This document shows, piece after piece, positions 20,623 through 29,152 of a stretch of 64,000 nt of DNA. The notes below the pieces were generated by a model. It saw only the letters and a list, made by a program, of their open reading frames with translations. It did no database searches and was not told where the DNA came from. How positions within the stretch are numbered: the stretch's first letter is position 1; every line of letters starts with the position of its first letter. The stretch is from contig CAWBZI010000006.1 in assembly GCA_963793265.1 (NCBI GenBank), positions 800,001-864,000 of the forward strand, given 5' to 3'. The stretch comes from an uncultured cyanobacterium. GTDB taxonomy: Bacteria; Cyanobacteriota; Cyanobacteriia; Phormidesmidales; Phormidesmidaceae. A program made the translations under genes and the position numbers.

Positions 20623-21780
20623 GTGATAAATGTAATTGGGCTCATGAGCGGCACGTCAGTGGATGGGATTGATGCTGCCCTGACGCAGGTGTCTGGAGAA
20701 GGATATGCGGTTGAGGCCAAGTTGGTTAAAGGGATTACGTATCCTTATCCGAAAAAGGTGCGATCGCGTATCCTAGCGCTATGTGCCAATGAGCCAATTA
20801 CCTTAGCTGAACTAGCTGATTTAGATGATGCGATCACCCATCACTTCATCTGCGCCATCCACACCCTCAACATCGATCTATCTACTGTCGATCTCATCGG
20901 CTCTCACGGCCAAACCCTTCACCATAGACCGCCACAACCCAACCGCCTTGGCCACACCCTTCAGCTCGGACGCGGCGATCTCATTGCCCGCAAAACTAGC
21001 ATTCCTACAGTCAGCAACTTCCGCGTCGCTGATATTGCCCTCGGCGGACAGGGCGCACCGCTAGTCCCGATTATTGACGCTTGCTTACTCAGCCAGCCCA
21101 ATCACGATCTAGCCGTTCAAAATATTGGTGGAATTGGCAACGTTACATATCTTCCTCCGTGGGACAAAACATTAGAGGGATCTAAGCAAGCAATACCTCA
21201 AGGCGTTAGAGGCTGGGACACTGGGCCAGGGAATGCGCTGATAGACTGGGCGGTTGCAAAACTATCAGAAGGACAGCAAACCTACGATAAGAACGGACGT
21301 TGGGCAGCGCAGGGTAAGCCAGATCAAGCGCTGATAGATCAATGGCTGCAAGCACCGTTCTTTCAAGAAGTACCGCCTAAGTCTACTGGGCGCGAGCTTT
21401 TTAGCGTTGAGTATGCGCAGCAGTGTTGGCAGCACGCACAAGATAAAGGGCTAAGCGATCGCGATTTTCTAGCGACCCTTACCGACTTTACTGCGGCCAC
21501 CATTGAGTTAAGCTACCGGCAATTTTTGCCACAGATTCCTGCCGAAACATTGATCGGCGGCGGCGGCAGTCGGAATCAGTACCTTATGAGCAGGCTTCAG
21601 CAACGGTTGCCTGAATCAAAGGTGATTTCGACCGATGAGCGCCAGTTAGACGCTGATTATAAGGAGGCGATCGCCTTTGCTATTTTGGCCTATTGGCGCT
21701 GGCACAATACGCCAGGCAACTTACCCAGCGTGACAGGCGCAAGCCGAAGCTGTTTATTAGGCGAGATTTGGACACCGTAG
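20623..21780 (+). CDS. anmK: Anhydro-N-acetylmuramic acid kinase
   Basis: GLMSGTSVDGID, GSHGQT, GGQGAPLVP, NIGGIGN, DTGPGN, PKSTGRE. Confidence 0.95.
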   Translation: MINVIGLMSGTSVDGIDAALTQVSGEGYAVEAKLVKGITYPYPKKVRSRILALCANEPITLAELADLDDAITHHFICAIHTLNIDLSTVDLIGSHGQTLHHRPPQPNRLGHTLQLGRGDLIARKTSIPTVSNFRVADIALGGQGAPLVPIIDACLLSQPNHDLAVQNIGGIGNVTYLPPWDKTLEGSKQAIPQGVRGWDTGPGNALIDWAVAKLSEGQQTYDKNGRWAAQGKPDQALIDQWLQAPFFQEVPPKSTGRELFSVEYAQQCWQHAQDKGLSDRDFLATLTDFTAATIELSYRQFLPQIPAETLIGGGGSRNQYLMSRLQQRLPESKVISTDERQLDADYKEAIAFAILAYWRWHNTPGNLPSVTGASRSCLLGEIWTP

Positions 21781-21918
21781 ATTCGGTGCTGCCAGCTCAG
21801 CAATTACAGGTCAAATACAGCGTGACGATGGTAACCTACCGCAAACTTAAGGATCGCAAACTTCAGACAAGATATCTGAGTGGGCATTCTAAAAAAGCTG
21901 GTATGAAGGAATAGCGCT

Positions 21919-22359
21919 GTGGCCCACAGCTTTTTATTAGAACCTGGCAAATGGACGTTGCAAGGAACCTGGCTCACTCGTGACGCACTGCCAACGCCTG
22001 TTAAGGGGAAAATGTTGGTTGCCTGGAAACAAGATAGCTACTTCAGGGTAGTGACTAAGCTTGCCTTTCCTGAAAGCGATCTTGAAGATATTGTGATTCA
22101 GTCACGAGGCCGCATGACCAGTCAAGAACGGCAATATACCTTCGTGCTACAGCATAGCCTGCTTGGCAAAGTAGAAGGTGAAGGCTGGATAGCCCCAGAA
22201 ACAATTGTGCAGCGCTACTGGGGCCTGAGTGACAAACAGCGCCGTTCAGGCTTTGAAACGCTGCGTCAAACTGGCCCAGCGCAATACTACTTGTCGGGTG
22301 GAGAGATGGCCGGACACTATCTCACCAGCACCGTAGAAGCTGAACTCACTCGTCAGTAG
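21919..22359 (+). CDS. Conserved hypothetical protein (beta-rich)
   Basis: 146 aa ORF (HSFLLEPGKW...) 11 bp upstream of the kinase. Confidence 0.7.
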   Translation: MAHSFLLEPGKWTLQGTWLTRDALPTPVKGKMLVAWKQDSYFRVVTKLAFPESDLEDIVIQSRGRMTSQERQYTFVLQHSLLGKVEGEGWIAPETIVQRYWGLSDKQRRSGFETLRQTGPAQYYLSGGEMAGHYLTSTVEAELTRQ

Positions 22360-22370
22360 ACAACCCTTGA

Positions 22371-24017
22371 ATGTCAGATCCTAACACTGGTCGCAAAATT
22401 TCTAATCGGTACGAGCTGATAGAATCCATCGGGCAAGGCTCTATGGGCAAAGTCTATCTAGCAGGCGACTCTTTGCTCGGGGGCGTACCTGTTGCCGTTA
22501 AGTTTTTATCTCAAACGCTGCTCAACGAGGACATGCGGACACGCTTCTTTCGAGAGGCCATGACCTGCGCGCAGCTTGGCCAAAAAAGTATGCACGTGGT
22601 CAGAGTGACTGACTATGGTGTCAACGAGGACGACATTCCGTTCTATGTAATGGAATATCTCAAAGGCGAGAACATTGGCCGATTAGTCCATAAAAAACCG
22701 CTGCCAGTACCTAGATTCATTGGGCTAGTGCGTCAGATTTTGCTGGGCCTTAGAACGGCACACCACGGAATATTGGTCAAAGGTGAAGTTGTTCCTATCA
22801 TCCACAGAGATATTAAACCCAGCAACATTTTGGTAACCTCCGATCCTTCTATGGGTGAGCTGGTCAAAATTTTAGACTTCGGCATCGCTAAGCTTTTGCA
22901 GGCAGGCTGCAAACAGACCAGCACGTTCATGGGTACGCTGGCCTACGCTTCTCCAGAGCAGATGGAAGGTCGTGAGCTAGATAGCCGCTCAGACATCTAT
23001 AGTCTGGGCGTGATGATGTATCAGATGCTATCAGGTACGCTGCCGGTAAAGCCCGCTAACAATACGTTTGGAAGCTGGTATAAAGTTCACCGCTTGTCTG
23101 TTCCTAAGTCACTAGCTGAGTTCAAACCTGATCTAAAAGTGCCGAAAGCGCTAGAAGAAATCGTAATGGCCTGCTTAGCCAAACAGCGAGAAGATAGACC
23201 TGAAACAATCGATCAAATCATAGATGCAATTACGCCCCTAGAGGAACGCTTCGGATCAGGGTTTCAAATTTCACAGAGAATCAATACGACGCTCTCAAAG
23301 CTGCCTGTAGTGGGCCACAGCGAATCCGAACAGCAGCCGAACGGAACAGAACGCCTACTAGAAAGCCTGGAAGCTGATGGCACTTCAGCAGATAGCGCTT
23401 TAGACAATTCAACCGGCAGCGCGTCTGCTAACTACCCGGCAGTAGATGACTTCTACTCGCAGCAGAGCTGGCCGTCAGAAATGCCGATTGCGCAAATTGT
23501 GTTTCCCCGACTATTAACCCAGGATAAGAACGAGATTCCGGCACTGTGGGCAATGATGCCAGCCGTCGAAATCGACAAGCGAATTCGCAACACTCGCTAT
23601 AACAATTTTATGTGCACGATGACGCCGCATCCGATGGTGCTGTGGCTGACTGCTTTTTATAACAAGCTAGAAGGGCCGCGTTGGCTACCGTGCTACCTAG
23701 ATTTAAAAGCTGAGTCTGCTCAAAAGATACTTTGGGCCTTAGCCGAAACTCGTCAGTATCGTATTTTGTTTTTTACGAAAGAAGCGCCAAATCGATGCGT
23801 CAGCGTACGGCAGCTAAACGTGGCTACAAGCCAGCAAAAGCTGTTCAAGGAATGGGCTATGACAGCGCGTAGCCTACGTACAGTTGGCAATCCGCAATAT
23901 AGTAAAACACTGCTTAAGCGAGAGCTAGAAGATAATCTTAAGCCTAAGATTATCATGAACTTTGAAGCTATGCATTCCGATTCCCAACCCGGACTTGACG
24001 CATCTCTGGGCTTCTAA
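22371..24017 (+). CDS. Hanks-type Ser/Thr protein kinase (SpkA-like)
   Basis: GQGSMGKV, VAVK, HRDIKPSN, DFG, YASPE, DIYSLG; soluble C-terminal domain. Confidence 0.92.
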   Translation: MSDPNTGRKISNRYELIESIGQGSMGKVYLAGDSLLGGVPVAVKFLSQTLLNEDMRTRFFREAMTCAQLGQKSMHVVRVTDYGVNEDDIPFYVMEYLKGENIGRLVHKKPLPVPRFIGLVRQILLGLRTAHHGILVKGEVVPIIHRDIKPSNILVTSDPSMGELVKILDFGIAKLLQAGCKQTSTFMGTLAYASPEQMEGRELDSRSDIYSLGVMMYQMLSGTLPVKPANNTFGSWYKVHRLSVPKSLAEFKPDLKVPKALEEIVMACLAKQREDRPETIDQIIDAITPLEERFGSGFQISQRINTTLSKLPVVGHSESEQQPNGTERLLESLEADGTSADSALDNSTGSASANYPAVDDFYSQQSWPSEMPIAQIVFPRLLTQDKNEIPALWAMMPAVEIDKRIRNTRYNNFMCTMTPHPMVLWLTAFYNKLEGPRWLPCYLDLKAESAQKILWALAETRQYRILFFTKEAPNRCVSVRQLNVATSQQKLFKEWAMTARSLRTVGNPQYSKTLLKRELEDNLKPKIIMNFEAMHSDSQPGLDASLGF

Positions 24018-24034
24018 AATAGCTGGCCTAGAGA

Positions 24035-24907
24035 TTACTTCTGCCGAGGAAAGTGGATGATAGGATGCCAGGAAGCTCTGAGGATAGCGTTGGTGAAGCT
24101 AGGTACGGTGAGCTTGAGCAATCCGCCACTTTTGCCAGAGCAGACAGCGATCGCGCTAATATCGTTCATCTCACCCGACTTCATAATTTCCTCTAGAGGA
24201 TCGCCAACGCGAACCTCAGTCTTGATCTCAGTGCCTTTATCGTCTAGATCAGCCTTGACTCTATCCAACTCAGCCTGCGCTTTTTCCATGGGACTGTTGC
24301 TCGATATCCGTCCACCATCATCAACGACCCAGCATAGCGTGCAAGTCTCCAAAGCACCCTTCGGCTCGGCCTGAATTATCTCCTTGATTTTGCTTACTAA
24401 GTACTTAGCGCTACCGCTGCCGTCATAGGGAACTAGCAAATAGTCGAATAAATTTTGACAGCGCTGCGCTAGCTCAGCTTCGCGGTATGTAGAGACAAGC
24501 TGAGGGCGCATAATTAATATCGGCACGTCTATCTTGTCAGCCATGTCCAAGGTAGTACTGCCAAAGAGCTTTTCATTCAAAGCTGAACGTGTAGGCATTC
24601 CTGAAAAAACGATATCGGGCTTGTACTTTTTAGCGGCCCTAGCAATGTTTTCACTCGCCCGGCCCGAGGCAATTTCGATCTCAACGGTCGTACCGGCTGG
24701 GACATCTACCTCAGCAGCGGCAAGTACTTCGTGAGCTTCACTAACACGCTCTTCGTCCACACAGGGAATCTCACGAGAGGTCATCAGCGGTACATTGTGA
24801 AAAAACACAATATGCTCCATGCCACCTTTGGCTAAGTCAGGGACGAAGTTAGCCAGGCGCTGAAGAGAATCAGTGAAATCAGTGCAAATTAGTACACGCT
24901 TAAACAT
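24035..24907 (-). CDS. Tandem universal stress protein
   Basis: VLICTDF, FGSTT, LLVPYDGS: two USP domains. Confidence 0.88.
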   Translation of the reverse strand: MFKRVLICTDFTDSLQRLANFVPDLAKGGMEHIVFFHNVPLMTSREIPCVDEERVSEAHEVLAAAEVDVPAGTTVEIEIASGRASENIARAAKKYKPDIVFSGMPTRSALNEKLFGSTTLDMADKIDVPILIMRPQLVSTYREAELAQRCQNLFDYLLVPYDGSGSAKYLVSKIKEIIQAEPKGALETCTLCWVVDDGGRISSNSPMEKAQAELDRVKADLDDKGTEIKTEVRVGDPLEEIMKSGEMNDISAIAVCSGKSGGLLKLTVPSFTNAILRASWHPIIHFPRQK

Positions 24908-25150
24908 AAAATCGCACCTAAATAAAATGCCTTGACTCGCAGCACGCTCGAAAGGATAAGGCAGGTGCTACGAAGATATATTTCAACAGTATCACTCTCT
25001 TAAAGCGATCATCTCGAATCAGAATCATCTAAAAGCAAAACCTTAGAGCACCGTAGAACAAAAATCCTGACAAATCAATCCGGCTATAGATAGACAACTT
25101 TGAAGCTGTTAGCTGAAACGCTGGCATAGGGCAGCTAAAGCAAAGGAACT

Positions 25151-25885
25151 TTACAAAAAAAGTGCGATCGCCGTGATGTTATCGCGACCGCCCTGTGCCT
25201 TAGCGGCTTCAGCTAGTCGATTGACCGACTCTTCACAGGTATCAGCGGACTGTAGATAGGTAATGATTGCATCGTCAGACAGTTCGTCTGTGAGCCCATC
25301 GCTACACAGCAGTATTCGATCTGATGGTTCGACATAAACTCGCTGAGTCTCGACCGATAAAAGATCTTCGCGACCCACGCACTGAGAAAGGACGTGCCGC
25401 CAGGGATGGTGCTGCTGTTGCTCAGGCTTCAGATTGCCGTTTTTTATAGACTGAGCGACCCAGGTATGGTCTTGCGTCAGTTGAAAAAAACCACTCTCTC
25501 TAAGCAAATAGAGACGAGAGTCGCCTACGTGCGCACACCAGATCTGATCTCCTCTAAGCATTAGCGTGACAACGGTCGTACCCATATCTGCTCGCTCAGG
25601 GTGGGCCTGCTGGTCGTCTAGAATCGCATCGTTGGCTAGTAGAATAGACTGCTCTAGCAGCATCGAAGAGCTAATATCGCTAGCAGTGTAAGCAGCTATA
25701 TGACCCAGAATTGTTTTAACGGCAATTTGGCTTGCCTCGTGACCACCCGCATGACCACCCATTCCATCAGCCACGATAAACAGATCACCCGCTGGCGATA
25801 AGTAGTAGCTATCTTGATTCGTACGGCGCTGTAAGCCAATATCTGAAAGACCAGCACAGGACAAAGCGGGTAGGGAATGGCGCAT
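25151..25885 (-). CDS. PP2C-family Ser/Thr phosphatase
   Basis: RRTNQD, VADGMGGH, MGTT, HVGDSR, LCSDGL, GGRDNIT; start taken at ATG 25885. Confidence 0.92.
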   Translation of the reverse strand: MRHSLPALSCAGLSDIGLQRRTNQDSYYLSPAGDLFIVADGMGGHAGGHEASQIAVKTILGHIAAYTASDISSSMLLEQSILLANDAILDDQQAHPERADMGTTVVTLMLRGDQIWCAHVGDSRLYLLRESGFFQLTQDHTWVAQSIKNGNLKPEQQQHHPWRHVLSQCVGREDLLSVETQRVYVEPSDRILLCSDGLTDELSDDAIITYLQSADTCEESVNRLAEAAKAQGGRDNITAIALFL

Positions 25886-25908
25886 GAAAACAGTTTTGAG
25901 AACTGAGC

Positions 25909-27966
25909 CTAAGGCATCCGGTCTGCTTTGGCAATTCGCATGAGCAGGCGAACAAACGAAACACCCGTAATTGCGGCAATCACACCCATCACTATCGCTG
26001 GCCAAACTGTCAGCGTGCTAGCAAATATTGCTAATAGTGTGGCCGATAGCGTAAAGGTTCCAACCAGCAGTGCATAGCTGTTTGCTAGTGATAGATCGCT
26101 GTTGCGGCGAAGAATGCGATCACTCTCAATAGAACGCACTCGCACTCGAATGTCGCCTCTATCCAACCTATCTAGCGTATCTTCGATCCGCCGAGGCAAG
26201 CTCAAAGCAGATGAACCAACTTGCGCCGCCTGCCGACTAATTTCACCCAATAGACCGTTCGTCTCTCCAGGGCCACCGTTTGTCATAAGTTCACTCGCAT
26301 AGGGTTTTGCAGCTTCCATAAAATTGAACTCTGGATCGAGTCCTTTTCCAACCCCTTCTAAGGTAGAAAATGCTCGCATCACAAACGTAAAAGTAGCCGG
26401 AAAGCGGAAAGGCTGATCGTAGGCAACCGCGTATAAGTCGTCGCTAATGGCCGCGACCGACTGCTCCTCAAACGGCTTATCCATCAGGTTATCTAAGATG
26501 TACTGAATAGAACGGCGTACTGGCCCCATATCATCGATTTCGGCAAGCGCTCCCAAGTCTACTAACGCAGACATCACCAGGCCAGCGTTTCGCTGAGAAA
26601 CACCTACAAACGTATCCATCAGCCGGGCCCGAGTTACCGCTGGGATCTGGCCCATCATGCCAAAGTCATAGAATATCAGCGCGCCGTCGGCTGGATTCAC
26701 CGCAATATTGCCGGGGTGAGGATCGGCGTGAAAGAAACCATCTGTTAGCAGCTGTCGCAAATATGCTTCTGCGCCTAACTTCGCTAAGCGCTTTCGATCT
26801 AAGCCTGCCGACTCCAAAGCCTCGTAGTGGCTAATCTTAATACCGGGCATATACTCCATCGTCAGCACGCGAGGAGATGTATAGCGCCAGTAGATGCGCG
26901 GCACCTGCACCCACTCAACACCACGGAAGTTACGCCTGAACTTGTCACCGTTTCGGCCTTCATGTAGGAAGTCAATCTCTAGCCACAGCAAGCGGCAGCA
27001 TTCTTCGTAAATGCCCATCCAGTCACGACCTTTGCCCCAATCAGGATGGTTTTGGAAGTATTGAGCAATGCCTTTAAGGATGGAAAGATCAATTGCAAAT
27101 AGTCTGGAGAGTCCTGGCCTCTGAACCTTGACAACGACTTCTTCGCCTGAGTGCAGTTGAGCACAGTGCACCTGGCCTAAGCTTGCTGCTGCGATAGGTA
27201 CCGGATCAAAGGTGTTGTAGAGTTCTATGAGCGATCGCCCAAAATCACCCTCAATTGTCGCCTTTACTTGCTCGTAGCTAAAAGCAGGCACCCGGTCTTG
27301 AAGCTTGGACAGCTCGTTGACATATTCGATCGGAAATAGATCGGCGCGCGTAGAAAATAGCTGACCAATTTTAATAAAGGTTGGGCCTAAGCTGAGGCAC
27401 GTCTCTCTAATCCAAACCGCCATCTCTTCGCGGCGCTTGGTCTTTTTCTCGGGCGTTACCTCGCCTGCGTAGCTCCACTTCTTGTTGTACAGCCACCGCT
27501 TAGAAAGCAGCTTAAGTACAAATGACCAAATGTCTATAAATCGCTGGGGTCTAGAATAGCTACCTCGATTCCATCGATAGTCGCCGTCGCTATAAGAGCT
27601 ACCACTATATGTCGAAGTAGAAGCAGGTATCGGTGCCTGTATTGGGACACTGGGAATCCTTTGCGCTGCGCTTTGCGCTTTTTCTCTTTGCGCATTTCTT
27701 TGATCGGGGTGCTGATGCAACTCTGTCTGCGCTGGCGGTGTAACTAAGCTGTCGTCAAGAACAGGAGCAGGGATCTCTAAGCGAGATCTCATATGACCTG
27801 CTGTATGGCCTTCTATGTGATTGCTGTGACCACTAGCGGTATGACCATTGTGGTGATGATCAGTCGGGCGTACTTGAGGCTCGCTAGAAGACAAAGCAGC
27901 ATCTAGCGTATCTGCCGGTGAATCGGGCAGCGGGGAAGATTCACTTTCTTTAGAAACAGCAGACAC
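25909..27966 (-). CDS. AarF/ABC1/UbiB kinase family protein
   Basis: LGPTFIKIGQ, AAASLGQVH, VKVQRP, FFHADPHPGN, DFGM; C-terminal TM helices. Confidence 0.93.
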   Translation of the reverse strand: MSAVSKESESSPLPDSPADTLDAALSSSEPQVRPTDHHHNGHTASGHSNHIEGHTAGHMRSRLEIPAPVLDDSLVTPPAQTELHQHPDQRNAQREKAQSAAQRIPSVPIQAPIPASTSTYSGSSYSDGDYRWNRGSYSRPQRFIDIWSFVLKLLSKRWLYNKKWSYAGEVTPEKKTKRREEMAVWIRETCLSLGPTFIKIGQLFSTRADLFPIEYVNELSKLQDRVPAFSYEQVKATIEGDFGRSLIELYNTFDPVPIAAASLGQVHCAQLHSGEEVVVKVQRPGLSRLFAIDLSILKGIAQYFQNHPDWGKGRDWMGIYEECCRLLWLEIDFLHEGRNGDKFRRNFRGVEWVQVPRIYWRYTSPRVLTMEYMPGIKISHYEALESAGLDRKRLAKLGAEAYLRQLLTDGFFHADPHPGNIAVNPADGALIFYDFGMMGQIPAVTRARLMDTFVGVSQRNAGLVMSALVDLGALAEIDDMGPVRRSIQYILDNLMDKPFEEQSVAAISDDLYAVAYDQPFRFPATFTFVMRAFSTLEGVGKGLDPEFNFMEAAKPYASELMTNGGPGETNGLLGEISRQAAQVGSSALSLPRRIEDTLDRLDRGDIRVRVRSIESDRILRRNSDLSLANSYALLVGTFTLSATLLAIFASTLTVWPAIVMGVIAAITGVSFVRLLMRIAKADRMP

Positions 27967-28083
27967 TCAAGCTTCCTACTACAGTTAAAATGGACTTTCT
28001 TGTCGAAAATGGGATACTAAAGAAACCATTTTGTTGAATAGCTTTTGAAGATCTAAACAGACGGGCGAATTGGCTAGCGCGCT

Positions 28084-28431
28084 TCAAGAGGCTTGCTTGT
28101 GCTGTTGAATGGCCGCTCTGGCTTGAGCAATTTCAGCTCTTAAGTCGTCAATGGTTGCCTGAAGATCTTCGTTATCAGGAGCACCGCCCGGTGGTGTAGG
28201 TGCCGCCACAGAAGCGTCGCTGGTGTAGCCACCATTTTCTTCAGCCGCTACCTTTTCTTGCTCTGCTCTAGCCATGACTTCTTCAGTGAACTCGCGCAGC
28301 TTCTCACGCTGTTCAGCGTCAAATTTGCCTAACTGGCTTAGGCCGTCACTTACAACGTGTCCAGCTCTCTCACTGACAGCCGCTGCTAGCGCTCGTCCAA
28401 CAAAAAAAGCTTGCAGCATTGGGTTACTCAT
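28084..28431 (-). CDS. Conserved cyanobacterial coiled-coil protein upstream of aarF
   Basis: AFFVGRALA, GKFDAEQRE, DLQATIDDLRAEIA. Confidence 0.8.
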   Translation of the reverse strand: MSNPMLQAFFVGRALAAAVSERAGHVVSDGLSQLGKFDAEQREKLREFTEEVMARAEQEKVAAEENGGYTSDASVAAPTPPGGAPDNEDLQATIDDLRAEIAQARAAIQQHKQAS

Positions 28432-28574
28432 AAAAAATTCACGCGTTCACATCTGCAATTATAAACACCCTTCAGACAGTTCTGGCAGATTTAACCCCTA
28501 GCAAAGTTTTTTTAGGAATGCTTATGAAATTGACTGGGGGTACAAATAATCGCTAGATGCAGACATCGCTAGGT

Positions 28575-29078
28575 CTACTGCTGCCCTTCGTCATCATAGT
28601 AGTATGTTTCATCGCTCCAGGTAGAGCCTTCTACCGGAGGATAGTTCTCTGAGTCAAAGTAGCTCTCCGGGTCGGAATAGCTTTCTGAGTTAGGGTAGCT
28701 CTCTAGATCTTCGTCAAAGGTAGGGATTTGAGGGGACTCTGGGAAAGCTTCATTGCCCTTTACATCACCGCTGTTGTAATCACTACTGTCATCACGGCTA
28801 GGCAAGCCCCCACCCCCCGGTAGATAATGCGAATCAGCAGTGCCCTGAGGCAGCTCAGGGGCCCAAGTAGAAAGCGCTGGGAAGGTTTGTAGCGGGCTTA
28901 AAAAGCGAACATTCGATGAGTTAGCAAGCGAAAATCGAATGAGCCCGCCGATGAATAGTCCGACTAAACCAGCTAGCCCAGCCGTGATTAGCAGCGCTTG
29001 GGAAACGCTCAACCGCTCGTCTTTCGACTGAGTTGAGGGTGCCTGCTCGGCGTTGGAGTTGAAGGGTGATAGGGACAT
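28575..29078 (-). CDS. Hypothetical single-TM protein with acidic repeat tail
   Basis: TM segment ALLITAGLAGLVGLFIGG; acidic C-terminus with ESY repeats. Confidence 0.65.
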   Translation of the reverse strand: MSLSPFNSNAEQAPSTQSKDERLSVSQALLITAGLAGLVGLFIGGLIRFSLANSSNVRFLSPLQTFPALSTWAPELPQGTADSHYLPGGGGLPSRDDSSDYNSGDVKGNEAFPESPQIPTFDEDLESYPNSESYSDPESYFDSENYPPVEGSTWSDETYYYDDEGQQ

Positions 29079-29152
29079 ACCAAATTTGGAGCCGGTAGTT
29101 TAGGTGGTTACCTGGAGACTTACTTGAACGAAAGGCTACTTGAACGGAAGAC

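Noticed and set aside
25886..26005. Cys-rich N-terminal extension of the PP2C ORF
   Set aside because: Overlaps the aarF 3' end in another frame; ATG at 25885 gives a normal PP2C.
29121..29150. Short direct repeat ACTTGAACG x2 downstream of the A-adding enzyme
   Set aside because: Only two short copies with no functional context.
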